64,000 nucleotides of DNA, from NCBI GenBank assembly GCA_964016885.1, contig OZ024743.1:340008001-340072000 (forward strand), written 5' to 3'. Below the pieces are notes generated by a model. It was not told where the DNA came from. It did not search any database and saw nothing but the letters and a program-made list of their open reading frames with translations. This DNA comes from Eledone cirrhosa (Eukaryota). Of this stretch, positions 13,560-27,390 are shown in pieces (the first letter of the stretch is position 1; every line of letters starts with the position of its first letter). The position numbers and the translations under genes are program-made.

Positions 13560-14150
13560 GCTCGTGTGGGCAGAGTCCTCAAACACTCCTTCCAGCGAGT
13601 CTGTCAGAAGCAACCATCTCCAACTGATCCAGCTGGATCCCAAAGCGTGACCAGCCGAGCTCATGGATGTTATCTAACTATCTTGCCCAGGGTCTATCTC
13701 TGGTTCTCTTGCCGGTTGATATTGCCTGTAAAATGTGTCCAGCGATTCTTTACTGAGACATTTTAACCACATGCTTATAATATCGGAGTTGTGATCTCTC
13801 AATTCGGAGAAGTAGCGGCTCTACTAGGAGTGACTCTCTGGTCTCTGAGTTATGCACTTTATCGAGTAACGTTACTCCAAAGACCCTTCGAAGGAATCCC
13901 ATTTCTGTCGCTTTTATTTGCAATTGTATTATTTTGGTCATTACCCAAGATTCATGATCCTCGGTAATAGTTGGCAGGAATACCAGGAAGACAGCGAGTC
14001 TGGCTTTTACACTCACCCCCTTCTTCTGATTGCTGAATGCCGAGGCTGGTGCATTACTGCATCAGCTTTTGCAATTCTTGCACTTAGTTCAGCCTCCTGC
14101 ATTCCATCACTCATGAACACGGCCCCAGGTTACTTGAACTTCTCTGCTTC
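13560..14150 (-). pseudogene. Degenerate RTE-type LINE 3' portion
   Basis: ESWVMT...ATEMGFLRRVFGVTLLDKVHNSETRESLLVEPLLLRIERSQLRYY. Confidence 0.75.
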
Positions 14151-14334
14151 AGTAGAACTCCATTCACATATATATAAATTTGAGGGACTTCTGTCTACCC
14201 GTCCGTTACACAATATGTATGTGTGTTTGTGTGAAGGTATGTGTGTGTAAAAGGAAGAAAGTCACGCACACACACATACGTCTCTAAGAACGCCGATAAA
14301 CTCACGCGCGCGCACATGCACACACTGTCCTATT

Positions 14335-15010
14335 ACCACTCAAGAGCTTTGGCCCGGGCCAACATCCCCTCAATTTTGAAACTGTCTGGGTTGTCCAGAA
14401 TGAATGGGAAAAGACTTGACGGTTTTACTCTTTGCTCCTGGTCAAGAGGCGGGTGCCTTACCTGGGACGTCACAGTTAGTGACTCTTTTGCTTCTTCTCA
14501 CACCCTGGATGCAGCGGTAAGGGAGAGAGCTACAGCATCCGCAGCTGAACAGAACACAATCCTAAAATACCGTGTTCTGCCAGCTAACTACATTATCCAG
14601 CCTGTGGCGTTCGAGACGTTTGGGGGAGTCAGGCTACTGACAGCGAGGTTCTTATCTTCCCTGGCGGCTCGCCAAACAGATGCAACTGATGATGCTCGTG
14701 AAGGCACTTGGTTGTTCCAGCACTTCTGCCTTGCCATCACCCCAGGTAACGTTGCGAGCGTGCTGGCTTGCCTCAAAAATTATTAGAGAAGTTTCCCAGT
14801 GCTCCTCGCTATAGTGTTATCTTTTGCTCCGGTAGCGGCTCGTTTTTGCCACTCTTTCGCCTTCATTTTGTTCTATGTGGTCTAAGATGTGTGTATTACG
14901 TGCTTGCGTATTTTTCTCTTTTTTTCCTTTCCCTTTCCTTTGTATATATTATATTTGTTTGTGTTTTCGGTCGGTAACCATTATATTAAATGTTTATACA
15001 AATGAGTTTA
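14335..15010 (+). mobile_element. CRE-like non-LTR retrotransposon 3' fragment (RLE domain + 3' UTR)
   Basis: RALARANIPS...GKRLDGFT...WDVTV...PVAFETFGG...WLFQHFCLAITPGNVASVL. Confidence 0.8.
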
Positions 15011-15154
15011 AAAAAAGAAAGAGTTAAACTGTGTTGTTAATAAATAAATAAAAAGTTGTACCTCATTTTACACTCTCATTTCCAATTCATCGAACGCTAT
15101 CATGACTGTATGTATGTGTTTGTGTAAATAAAACTTTATATAAAAAAGTTAAAA

Positions 15155-15325
15155 TGCTTTGCGGTATTTGTTCCGTTCTTTACGTTCTGAGTTCAAATCC
15201 CGCCGAGGTCAACTTTGCTTTTCATCCTTCCGAAGGTTGATAAAATAAAGCGACAGTTAAGTATATGGGTTGATTTAATCGACTCTCTCCAAATGCTGGC
15301 TTTGTTCCCAAATTAGAAACTATAA
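15155..15325 (+). mobile_element. tRNA-derived SINE; further plus copies at 40457-40646, 47217-47403 and 47411-47600
   Basis: gagttcaaatcccgccgaggtcaactttgcttttcatcc core. Confidence 0.8.
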
Positions 15326-15999
15326 TTCTGATTATTCTTTCTTCTTTTTCTTCCCCTGTTTTGATTTAAAATGAAAACATTTTCATAAGTAATATACTAT
15401 ACTACACTATATTATACTATACTATATTATACTATACTATATAATAAATTATTATACTATATTATACTATATAATTAATTATTATACTATAATATACAAT
15501 ATAATAAATTAATTGACTACACGCTATTCCATTGAACCACACCATACTATTTACTTTTACTCTTTTGCTTGTTTTCGTCATTAGATTTTCGGCCATATTT
15601 TGGCACCGCCTTGATTTAGTCGCTTATATCTAACCAAGTGCTTATTTTTCAAGTCTGGTACATATTTTATCGATTTATTTTTTTGTCAAAACGCTAGTTA
15701 CGGTATATAAACACAGATACAGACACAAACCTATCTGTAACGACGGGTTTCTGCAGTTTCCATCTACCAATTTCCACTCACAAGGCATCGGTCAGCCTGA
15801 AGCTGTAGTAGAAGACACTAGCCCAATATGTTGCACAGCGAGACTGAACCAAGAACCAATATGATAAAAGTACGATATGATAAAACTTCACTTCAAATTA
15901 TTCACCAAACTTCGATTCTACGGAATATTTACAGTGACTTCGCTTCGATGTTTCATTTCATTACCAAGCACTTCACCACGTGCTTCGTAATTTCCAACA

Positions 16000-18800
16000 A
16001 CAACAACATCAACAGACAATACTACTAGCTTCCTAGCAAGAAAACGATAACATTAAGAAGAGAAAAACTGAACTTTTTGTAAAAAACAATTATTCCTTCC
16101 TTTTTTTTTACAAACAATGTTATGAACCAACAACAAAATAACATCGTCAACCTTCGCGACTCGTGGTAACTTGCAAATTACAATAAGCCTAATCTAGTCA
16201 AAAGCATCACACAAAAACAGAATCATCCAGCCAATTTATTTAAGTTTATCTTTAGTTTGTATGAGATGAAAGAATGGTATTCAACTAATGTAATGGTACG
16301 CGATGGGGCCCACCCACAGCCCCGGAGGACAGAATGGAGAAGGCGTTTCCCCGGAGGACGGCAAGGGAGACGCGCTGGAAAAGCCACTCCAACTCGCGGG
16401 GCTCACACAAGGAGGAGGGACGTCTTCTGGGCTAAGTCCCAGCCGGTCCCACGTCTCACAGACGGCCTCACGTTCTCTGAACACAGAGGGTTCTGTTGTG
16501 TTTTGAAGAACCCTGCTGACGAGGACGCGGCACGAGGTTACCGACGAAAGATACGCCGGCAAAGCTAGTGAGATCGGGGACCGTAGGCCTAGGCCGCCAT
16601 ACCTGACCGGTAAAGTGGTCTGTTGCCACTCTATGTAGTCAAACTTGACGTTGCATATCCCCTCGGCTGCTGCTCGGATACAAGTATCGAGGTCAGCGAG
16701 AAGAAATGTCTGGGTGTAGCATGGATCGCTGCGGAGTGTATAGAGGAGCTTCGGCATGGCGAAGCAGTTCCTCAGCAGAAAGAGAGCTGGGTGGCAGTCA
16801 GTCAAGCCTAGTCGGCTCGTGAGGGTCTGGAGCTGTTGAAGCCTGAACATGATGGTGGAGCGGATGGCCGGCGGGTGGATCGGTGACCCGAGGATGAGGA
16901 CATCCTCTTTGGGGGTCACCTGAACCTGGCGGAGAATGGACCGCACGTCCAAGACGGAGGCTGCAAAGCTCACAGCATCGAGGCTGACGTTCACCACCTC
17001 AGACTTGGCCGAGTTGACCTGGAGGCCGATTCCCGCCAGGGCAGGAATCACCGATTGAAGGTCTTGGCAGACCCTCCGTACGGGCCTGCCCAACGTAGCA
17101 TCATCCAGATACCAAACGTTGAAAGGGGCCGTGATACTCTGGGCGATGTGGTCAATACCAAGGGCGTACAGGAGGGGTCCCAAAGAGTTGCCCTGTTGGA
17201 CCCCAGTAGCCGAGGGTATGACCGTATCAGCAGCTAGGAGCATGCTCGGGGCTCCATATGACAGGTAGGCCAGCGGGTAGGCAGAGGGGCTCGGCTGAGT
17301 CAGGCCTCGAGCAGATGATCCCGGCGTAAAGAGTTAAAGGCATTCCTCATGTCTAGCTTGACAATGAGGTGCCTGGAGTCCCTGGATGCCGGTACCGATG
17401 GGCAGCTGCTGAAGAACTGCCTGATTGCATGAGAGGCTCCCTCACAGCCACCGGACAGGCCGACACCCAGTTGCACCGGACTAAACTCCTCACCCAGTTC
17501 ATGTGTGACGGACTTGCAGATAACCTTGGCAGCCAGCCTCCGGAAGACATTGCCCACCCTCTTTCTTCCTGAGAGCGGTGAGGCTGGCCGAAAAAAAGAG
17601 GCCTCGGGCGTAAGGGTCGAGGGCACCATGAATGAGCCTATTGGTGAGCTCCACAATTGCACTCAGAAGGCGGCGCCCGGCCTCAGCGGAGAGGGGGGAT
17701 GTCAACTCCTTGAGGTGGCCTGGTCGGAGACCATCAACACCTCCGCAGCTGCTTGCTGGGAAGGACCTGATGGCGGACATAATATCTGCATCAGTAGCCA
17801 CAAGGAGCAGGTCGGGGTCGGGTGGGGGTATGGGTCTGAAATCAGTGGGTGGCTCAGGGTGTTTGAGCCGCAGAGCAGCCAGGATCTCCTCGGTGGGTTG
17901 GAGGACAGTGTCCTCTGAGGAAACAACTCTGACTGCGGCCGAGACATCACCCATGATAAGCTTTGCGTTTACCTGGTCACGCAAACGCTTGGCGCTGGCT
18001 TCGGGGTGGAGGATAGGGGGTACCTTAGGGTGGGGTGTGTGGCGTCCCTGGGCACGCTTGGAATGGGCGCTCGCCCAAATGACGAGACATTGGCCTTGAC
18101 GAAGGCTGTTGTTGACCGACCGCCCCGGTCAGCACCAGAGCTGGGGAGGCCGAGGGCGAGTGGGGCGAAATAGAACAGCCGCTCCCAGTCACTGGCTCGA
18201 TTGGAGTCCAGGGCGCTCTCAATCGAGGAAGCGAAGGCATCGGCCAGCGGCACCCGTGCCGCTGTCGGGATCCTGAGTGGGATCTTCCGGAGCCGCCTGA
18301 GCCGAGCGATGTTGACCAGCGAGGCTCGGGCGTCAGGTAAGCTCGCTGTCCCATCTGGTGGTGTGCCAGACGGCCGTGGCTGGGAAGACGTGGGGAAGAG
18401 GCAGCTCCTGCACCTCCACGCTGCGAGGGCATTGGAAGCTCGACGTGTCAAACCAACGCAGATGAGGTGGTGGAAGCAGCCGCATCCCAAACAGTTCCGG
18501 CCCCTCTTCCATTTGTTTAGTAGTGCCGCAAGTGCTGCAGATGTCGATTTGGAGGGGTGGGGGATGGGGCGTGGGGACTGGAGCACCGAGCGGCATCAGG
18601 GGTGGGTGGCTGGTGTGTGTGGTTGGAAGGGAAAGTGCTGGTAAGAGGGCAGCATAGCTCACCTATATATATGGAAGTGCCAGAAAACGAGAGCGAAAAG
18701 GGGCTGCATGGAGGGGGAGACACAGGAAGGTAGAATGGCAGTAAATGAATGAGTGAATGGATGGATGTACACAAAAAAAAAAAGAGGGGGGAAACAAAGG
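16000..18800 (-). mobile_element. CRE-like non-LTR retrotransposon, frameshifted, with PHD-like N-terminal finger, RT, and an internal deletion of the RLE domain
   Basis: CLGCGCFHHLICVGL...WRCRSC; GVDGLRP; KLDMRNAFNSL; GVQQGNSLGP; WYLDD; LPVRYGGLGL; jumps at ~16410 to the C-terminus CEPRELEWLFQRVSLAVLRGNA. Outer ends approximate. Confidence 0.85.
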
Positions 18801-20119
18801 GTTGTTCCCAGCGGAAAGACTCAGAATTCAGCACGCACACATGCGAGCAACTGAGCAGTTTGTCAAAGACGATATTCTCAATGGACGCGCTTACAATATT
18901 TGAATATAACTGAACCGTCGTGTCATTTAATTTGAAAAGTGGAGCAAAGTAAAAGGAAAATAGTGTCAATCCCTTGTGATATTTTTTTATTTTAATTTTA
19001 ATTTTTTTTTCCAATACCGGACTTACAGATTTCCAGGATTTATACTCATTTTTTTTTTTTTTCCTTTCCTTCAAAAGGATGGAGGCGTTTTATCTCCTCA
19101 TGAAACTGACATTACTTAATGATGTTCGTCATCTATGGCTTATTCATATGTATTATTTCATAACTCTATAGAACTATTAGAATGTTTGTGCAGTGTTCTG
19201 TGTCCAGCCAGGTTTATACAACAGGTAAGAAAAATGATGATTCGGTGACGGTTTCTTTTGATAGGAGCCTCTTCCACGTCGGAAGATCGAAGTGTGTTTT
19301 CTTGTCTTCTTCAATACTTTCATAAACGGCTTCGGAGATTTAAAACTTATGTTTCAATTGGTGCTTCCATTTCCACACGGTTCTATTGTCTTTTTTACAA
19401 AAATATATATTTCTATATATTTCTTTATTTACTTCTCTTCTTTTAGTATAAGATAGCGAGTTGTCACCAGTGATGTTTGAAGTTCCTTGGAGTTGGTCAG
19501 AGTATCGCTTAAAGCTTTCTTTGTAGCGCCTATCCTTTAATTTATCTTTATCATTAAAATTAAAATTAGAACTATTATCAAAACGTTAATTGAGTGTAAT
19601 AAATCAATTTAAAAACGAGACAAACCATAAACAAATATTTCCGTTCATCAGTTGGATATTAATCGATTTCTCGTGTCTAATATGAAAACTGATTTTATTT
19701 TAAATATATTTAATTGAAAATAGTTGTAGTACCATTAAAAAAAAATTCTTTTTATATTTTTGTATGTGTTACTAACAAAGAAAATAATTACCCAAATTAT
19801 GATAACAATAAACCTACTATTCACATATTCAAATTCCGGTGGTAATGTCAGCACGCATGACACGGCAACATCACTTCATCCAGAAGATATGACCATGAAT
19901 ATCTAGAAACGTTAACAAAGGGTTTTTGAACTACACTTTTCCAAACAAATTGCAAGAGGAAGATAAAACTAGAATTCGATCATGTTTTCAGTACCACAAA
20001 ATACACATATAAATGGATACAAGCAAGCACGCACACACACGCACGCACACACACACACACACACACATACATACATACATACATACATACATACATACAT
20101 ACATACATACATACATACA

Positions 20120-22133
20120 TAAGAGGGAGGTGTGGGGTTGCATAGATCACCTACTAACCAACAAAATGATTCAGGAAAAAACAACAAAGAATCGCAGAAA
20201 CATGACTGTGGTGTGGCTGGACTATCAAAAAGCATTTGATAGTGTACCTCATGGGTGGATTGTTAAGGCTTTACAGTTAGCTAAAGTCCCACAGCCATTG
20301 GTAGCTGCTGTTGAACGCCTGATCAAGAACTGGTACACCAATTTGATCCTTAGAGGTGAGAAGGAGCAAGTTAAGACTGATAAGATACATTACCAGAAGG
20401 GCATCTTTCAGGGTGATAGCTTGTCAGTGCTACTCTTCGTTCTCTCACTGAATCCACTATCTTACCTACTCAGGAAACAAGGTGGACAAAGAAGTGGGCC
20501 CAGAAGTATCTCCCATCTTTTCTTTGTTGATGACCTGAAGTTGTATGGGCCAAATATCAATGACATCAAGTAACAATTGGACCTCATTACACAATTTTCA
20601 ACCGACATCAAAATGAAATTTGGTGAGTCTAAGTGTGCATATTTAGCAGTAAAACGTGCAAGAGCTGTGCCCTCCTCTAGAAATCTAGAGATGAACGGCC
20701 TGACAATACAACCTCTGCAGTCAGGTGACAACTACAGATATCTTGGACAGGATGAGAATGTCAGATATGATGGACCCATAAATAAGGAGAGAACCAGAAC
20801 TGAATACCTCAGAAGAGTAAAGAAAATATGGTCATCAGAACTGTCAGCATACAACAAATACATTGCCCACAATACTTATGCTGTGCCAATTCTAACGCCA
20901 ACATTTGGCCTGCTGAACTGGTCATTGCAAGAACTAAGTGAGATGGATGTTAGAACTCGAAAACTTATCAGTGTTACTGGGAACTTTAACATCAATGGTG
21001 ATGTGGATAGGCTATACTTCTCACGCAAGGAAGGTGGCCGGGGTCTAAAATCAATATTAACAACATATGAGACCCGGATAGTAACACTGAAGCAACACCT
21101 TCAACAGAGGAAAAAGGTTGGCAACCATCTTGCCCAGGTTTATGAGCATGAAAAAAAAAATATCATTAGAATAGCGACTGATCTGGAGGAGAGATATGGA
21201 ATAAAGCCTGATATAAATCTCTCACCCAGAGAAATCGGAAGATCCTATTCAATGTTCAAACAAGATAAAAAAATTGACCAATTTACAGAAAAAGTTGTGC
21301 ATGGATACTTGAGGCGTAAAACACAGACCATAGAGGGGATAAACCACTCAAAAAGCCTGGCATGGAGTTCCGACAGGTTTATGACATCACACCTTGAGGG
21401 ATATCTCTATGCAATACAGGAACAAGAACTCCCTACCAAATATCTGCTGCACAAAAGAGGAGGGCCAGCAGCTGACAATAAATGTAGGCTATGTAAAACA
21501 AAGATCGAGGATGTAAGCCACATTGTTGCCAGCTGCGAAAGAATGTCATCTCGCTACTACCTCCCCATGAGACACGATGGGATAGCTAGAACCATCTGGA
21601 ACGCACTTCGGAAAACAAAATTAACAACAAACGAGGAGGAATATATTGAGACAGATGGCACTAAGGAATACTGGTGGAACCTGAAAATAAAAACTGCCAC
21701 CAAATTAAAGCACAACCGGCCTGATATTGTTGTTTGGGACTACACATTGAAAACGTGTTCTGTTGTGGAGATCAGCTGCCCACTTGATGTAAACGTTGTC
21801 AGAAAAATACAGGAGAAGGAGGACATCTACGGACCATTGATGAGGAGTTTACAAATCCAGTATCCAAGATACACTTTCAGCTTCATACCCATCATTATTG
21901 GAGCTACGGGTTATATACCAACCCGCTTAGACCAAAGTATGACTGAACTTGGATTTGCGGACAAAAAGCGCAGCTCCCTAATTCATAGTCTACAAATGGC
22001 TGCGATAGCTGGTACCTTCAAAATTTGCAAAACATTCTTGCGATTCAAGGGATGACAATTTCTTTTCTTTTACAACCTTGCCACCAGGAAGGTGGCCGGT
22101 CAAAAAAATATACTCGAAATTAAGAGAAAGAGA
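20120..22133 (+). mobile_element. R4/Dong-like RLE non-LTR retrotransposon, 5'-truncated, inserted in (CATA)n; one in-frame stop at 20571-20573
   Basis: RT motifs WLDYQKAFDSVPH, GIFQGDSLS, FVDDLKLY; CCHC CRLC...HIVASC; RHD; RPDIV; VEISCP. Confidence 0.88.
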
Positions 22134-22178
22134 CATACATACATACATACATACATACAAACATACATACATACACAC

Positions 22179-22213
<35 letters not shown>

Positions 22214-22337
22214 AAGAAATATATCTATCTATCTGTTGTCTTTCTATTTGTCTGTTTTTCTATATCTCTCTCTTTCTCTCTCTTTATATATGTTTGTTTG
22301 TATGTCGGCGTGTGTATGTATGTATGCATGGATGTGC

Positions 22338-22370
<33 letters not shown>

Positions 22371-22559
22371 TGTATGTATGTATGTATGTATGTATGCATG
22401 CATGCATGCATGTATGTATGTATGTATGTATGTATGTATGTATGTTCTTCTGGTTTTATAATTTCACAAAGTTTTACCAATAGAGAGAGAGACGGTTTCT
22501 AACATAGACACAAGACTCTCTCATTGGAATTTACACAACATCAACTAGGTAGATATGTA

Positions 22560-25500
22560 TGTATGCATGCATGCATGTGTAGATATGGATGTTATTGTAT
22601 GTGTGGATGTGTATGTTTTGAGTTGTATGTGTGCATGTGTATATGCTTTGTATCTGTACATGTGTATATGCAGTTATTAGATGCAAAATTTTTGGAATGT
22701 TTTACATATTTTTACTGTTCCATTAATAGATTGTACTTGTAGTTTCCTAACTAGTTGTGTTCTTTCTGTTCCTGTGAAGCCTAGCTTCTCAAGATTTGTA
22801 TTGAGGCAGTTACTAACATAGTGCCCCAATAATCACAGGCATACATCTGAAGGTGTAATCAGGGTGGAGTATCTGCAGATTTCTCATCAGTTCTGCATAA
22901 ATATTCTCCTTTTCACTAATCTTTGATATTATATTGGCATCTGCTAGGCAGCTAATTTCCACTACTGTGCATGTTTTCTTCTCCCTGTCCCATATCATAA
23001 TATCTGGTCTGTTATGCCTGCATTTTATTGGGCTTTTTACTGGAACATTCCACCAGTACTCTTTCATATTATGTACATGGATGTCTTCCACATTGTTGTA
23101 GCTTTTAATGTGTTTATTATCGGGGCTATCTTTTTTACGAACTGCATTGTACAGTGTTTTGGCCACTACATCATGCCTCATAGATAGATAGTACCGCGAT
23201 GACATCTTTGGGCAGCTGCTGATGACATGGGTGATATCCTCAATGTTAATTCTGCAGAGTCTGCACTTGTTATCACATCTAGGTATTTTGCCTACATCCC
23301 TATCTCTTTTGTGAATCAGGTATTTCGTGCTAATCTCCTGTTCTTGGATTGCAAAAGCGTATCCTTCAAAGTGGGAGCCAATATAGCGGTTGTTGGTCCA
23401 AGATAGACTACTTTCCTTATCTATATTACTCTCACTCTGGAGCTTCCTGGCAACATATCCATGCATGATTTTTTGCTGATAGGCATGCAGTTTTTCATCC
23501 ATGGATTCACTGCGATACGGCTGAGCGACATCCCTGGGTGTGAGTTTTTGATTATCACACAGGGAATATCTCTCAAGGAGTTCCTTCCCAACTCTCATGA
23601 TCTTATCTGTTTCATGCAGATAGACTTGCTCGAGAAACGGGCTCCTACGCTTCGAGGTTCGTAGATGTCGGAGAGATATGATGCGACATTCACATGTTGT
23701 CTGGACTGATGTTAGGCCTCTGCCTCCCTGCTTACGTTTCAAGTAAAGGCGGTCTATGTCACTGTTGATGTGGAAGTTTCCGGTGTTGTACAGTATTTTT
23801 CGAGTTCCAACATCAACTGCTCGGATTTCGTCTATCGTCCAATTGAGTATTCCAAACGTTGGTGTTAGGACAGGCACAGCAAACACATTGTGAGCTACTG
23901 TTTTGTTTTGCGCAGAGAGTTCCGATGACCAGATCTTTCTTAATCGGGTGTAGTATTCCTTGGTTACGCGTTCCTTATTACAGATACCATTATAGGATAT
24001 GTTCTCATCTATCCCCAGGTATCTGTAGCAATCCTCATCAGATCTCGGTGAAACAGTTAGACCATTGATGACAATGTTGCTAGATTGGGTTGTTGTTTTT
24101 CCCCGCTTTACAGTCATGTATGAGCATTTATCTTGGCCAAACTCCATTCCTATATCCTTTGAGAACGTTGTAACCAGGTCAAGATTTTTCTTCATCCCAT
24201 CCATGTTCTTGACATAGAGTTTCAGATCGTCCACAAAGAAGTTATGGGTTAGGTTCGTATTTCTGTCCTCCTGTGAGCCAATGATGCATCCCTCATATTT
24301 CTTGAGCAGAAAGGACAAGGGGTTTAATGACAAGATGAACAATATCATAGAGGGACTGTCCCCCTGAAATATACCCCTGCAATATTTTATTTTATCAGTG
24401 AAAATAGAGTCCTCCCTCTCTGTCTTTAACCTTAGGATAGTAGCCCAAGAAGAAGACAGCCTCTCTATGGCTCTGACAATAATGTCTGGGACTTTAGCAA
24501 GTTGGAGGGCCTCTATCATCCAAGAATGGGGAACAGAATCGAAAGCTTTCTTGTAGTCCAGCCAGACTGTAGTCATATTCCTCCTAAGTTGTCGCACCTC
24601 CGACATCGCAGTTTTGTTGATTAGGAGTTGTTCAGCACATCCCCAAACCCTTTTCTTTCCAGCTGCTTGTTCATCTGTGATGATGTTATTATTTTCACAG
24701 TGATCTTGGAGGAATAGGTTCAGGCAGGCTGTATACATCTTATACATCAGGTTCTGGCATGCAATGGGTCGGTAGTTTTTTGCCAAGTGGGTGTCTTTGT
24801 TCTTGGGGACCAGTAACGTTTGTGCTAATGTCAACCATTCTGGTATAAGTGTATCTCTCTTAAGAACTTGTTGGTAGAGGTCAGTAAGATACCTCCGATA
24901 GAATATTAGTTTTTTGTACCAGTAGCCGACAATCATGTCTCTTCCTGGTGTTTTCTTATCTTGGAGTTTTCCTATCACAGTCTCAAGGGTACCCTCACTT
25001 ATTTCGTATGTTTTTGTTGTAGTGTAGGAGCAATAGTTCTTTCGGATTTCTCTTAGCCACATTGCATCTTGGATGAAATTCTTCTTTTCACCCCATATTT
25101 TTCTCCAAAAGGAATCTATATCTTTCTGGGATGGGGCCTCAGTGACACTTATTATTTTGCCCTTCATATCTCTATAGACTGATGTTTGGTTTCGTCTGAA
25201 TCTTTTATTAAGCATTTTTCTCTCATCTACCTTCTTCAGGCATCGGCGTTTTTCGCTAACAGCTCTCAATTCTTGTTTGGGGGTGATCAGCTTATATTGG
25301 AGAGTTCTGATTCTACTGTTACCAAACATCGTCTCTATTTTATTTTTCACTCTTTGTTGGTTAGAAGTGAGGTTTTTTGTGTTTGTTTGCATGTAAGGAG
25401 CATTGTCACATGTCCTATGTTTTTTCGTAGGTCAGCACTCTTTTTTTCTATTTTAGTTATATATGATGGTATTTTTGGTGGTGTTTTGTTCTTGTTAATA

Positions 25501-26550
25501 TCTCTGCTATCACCAAGATAATGCTTCACTGTCATTGCTAAGGCATATAAACAGGCGTTGATTTGCCAAAATGTTGGGGTTTTTATCCGTCGTAAATATT
25601 CATCCCCTATTTCGTTAATAACACGTAGTATTTCATTATTTGGTGTTTTATTCACCATTGTCATTTTAACACGTTCAGCCATGAGTTAATTTCTCTCTGG
25701 AAGATTTCGTTGAGGGAAATTTTCAATTGTTTATACTTTTGATTATCATTATCGATAGTATTTTCCACAACAGTCGAGGTAGACTCGGATGGTATACGTG
25801 GTGTCACATTTATTCGATTATTATTATTATTTCTTCGATTATTATTATTATCGATAGTGTTTTCCCCAGCATTCGAGGTAGACTTAGATGGTACAGGTGG
25901 TGTCAAGTTTATTACAGGCATAGTTGTTTCAAGGCGCTGTTCGACCTGGCTGCTAGGAAGTCTAGTAGCATGGCGACCTGTAGCACGTGTTGTTGATTCC
26001 ATGTTTGTTGTGGGGAACTTACAATTAATAATATTTATCTTATTTTTACGTTCAACAAACGTGGCTTGTTGGCGTAATTGTTTCGCTGTGAAATAATTTA
26101 GCTCTGGGTGCATTTCGTCCCAGTGTAGCTTCATTCTATTCATATAGCCAATAGAGGGATTGTTTTTTGCCATTTTATAACAATTAAATAAATCATTAAG
26201 TTCGCAACTCCAAGAGAAATGCGATTTATAATTTCGGTTTCTTCTGTAGCTACAACTGAATAAAGTTTGATTACCTTCCTTGTTATTTGTCTTCGATACT
26301 TCCTTAATTCTTTTGTTGATGTGTTCAGCCGTGCTGTTTGTAGCAAATCCTTGTAAAATGAATTATGTATTTAGTCGGATATCTCTACGAATTCGAATAA
26401 AAGGTGTCTTCAGAAGGGATAGTTAGAAGAATAACCAGTTATTCAACCTGGCTGTAGTTGTGGCATTACTGTCGGAGATAGTATTCATCTTAAATTTAAT
26501 AAATAGTCTCCCACGCCAAACTATGCGACTGATCGCGTTGACTGATGGAA
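22560..26550 (-). mobile_element. R4/Dong-like RLE non-LTR retrotransposon, near full length, frameshifted
   Basis: 859-aa ORF 22813-25392 (NYRPIAC, WLDYKKAFDSVPH, FVDDLKLY, CRLC..HVISSC, RHD, RPDIM) plus upstream fragments with GYMNRMKLHWDEMHPEL; (TATG)n-type repeats at both ends. Confidence 0.88.
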
Positions 26551-27067
26551 TGTATGTATGTATGTATGTATGTATGTATGTATGTATGTATGTATGTATG
26601 TATGTATGTATAATATATTTCTTATCTAATGTTCATTTCAAATAGAGTAAAGTGATTTGAAGAAATGTTATTTCAATACGAGACGTACCGTTATTCATGA
26701 TTTAAAGAAACTTTAAATAATTTATTTTACAACAAAAGTAATTTTATTGAAAAAACAAAACAACAAAAAATAGGCAATATGTATATATCATATTTGCAAT
26801 GTAAAACCCTCAATGGGTCACTGATCTCATATATGGAGCGGTTCTGCTGCCACACACATATACATCATAGGTAATATTCAGAATTGCCATCTTTAGCCAG
26901 AACAGTGCCCAGATATGTGAAGACGTGAACCAGTGTCAGGCCCTCCAGCTAGACAGATTGTTTCGCTATCTGTATAAACATTTTTTTTTTTTTTTCAGTG
27001 TTGATCTTCAGACCAGTTCGACTGCCGGCCTAACATGGTAGTCATGTTTTCCATTACGTTTGCTATA

Positions 27068-27253
27068 CAGGTAAAATTTCGTTATACGAATACCATTATA
27101 ACGAATTTTTCAGTATAATGAATTTTTTTTCAATCCTCGAGGTAATAACAAACAAACGCTCGATTTGTTTCGGTCGATCTCGTTATAAAGGATTTTTCGT
27201 TACAACGAATTTTTTTAATAACCAGTGAATTTCGTTATAACGGAATTTCATTG
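27068..27253. mobile_element. Pogo/Tigger-like MITE
   Basis: Imperfect TIRs caggtaaaatttcgttata / tataacggaatttcattg flanked by TA; internal ttcgttata repeats. Confidence 0.6.
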
Positions 27254-27257
27254 TAGC

Positions 27258-27390
27258 GCTAAAAAGTACCAGATCGTCGGCGAAGTCAAGGTCTGTGAGT
27301 CTTCCTTCTCCTCAGTCAAGGTTGTATGTTGGATCTCCCATGGAATTCTTCAAGATGACATCCATCACTAACAGGAACAACAACAAAAAA
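27258..27390 (-). pseudogene. LINE RT fragment
   Basis: FLLVMDVIL...LTDLDFADDLVL across a frameshift. Confidence 0.6.

Noticed and set aside
17505-18644. Plus-strand GC-rich ORFs
   Set aside because: Antisense shadows of the CRE-like ORF.
26380-26550. Possible 5' HDV-like or hammerhead ribozyme of the R4-like element (ctgaaga on minus)
   Set aside because: Could not build the P1-P4 nested pseudoknot or HHR stems by eye; needs a descriptor search.
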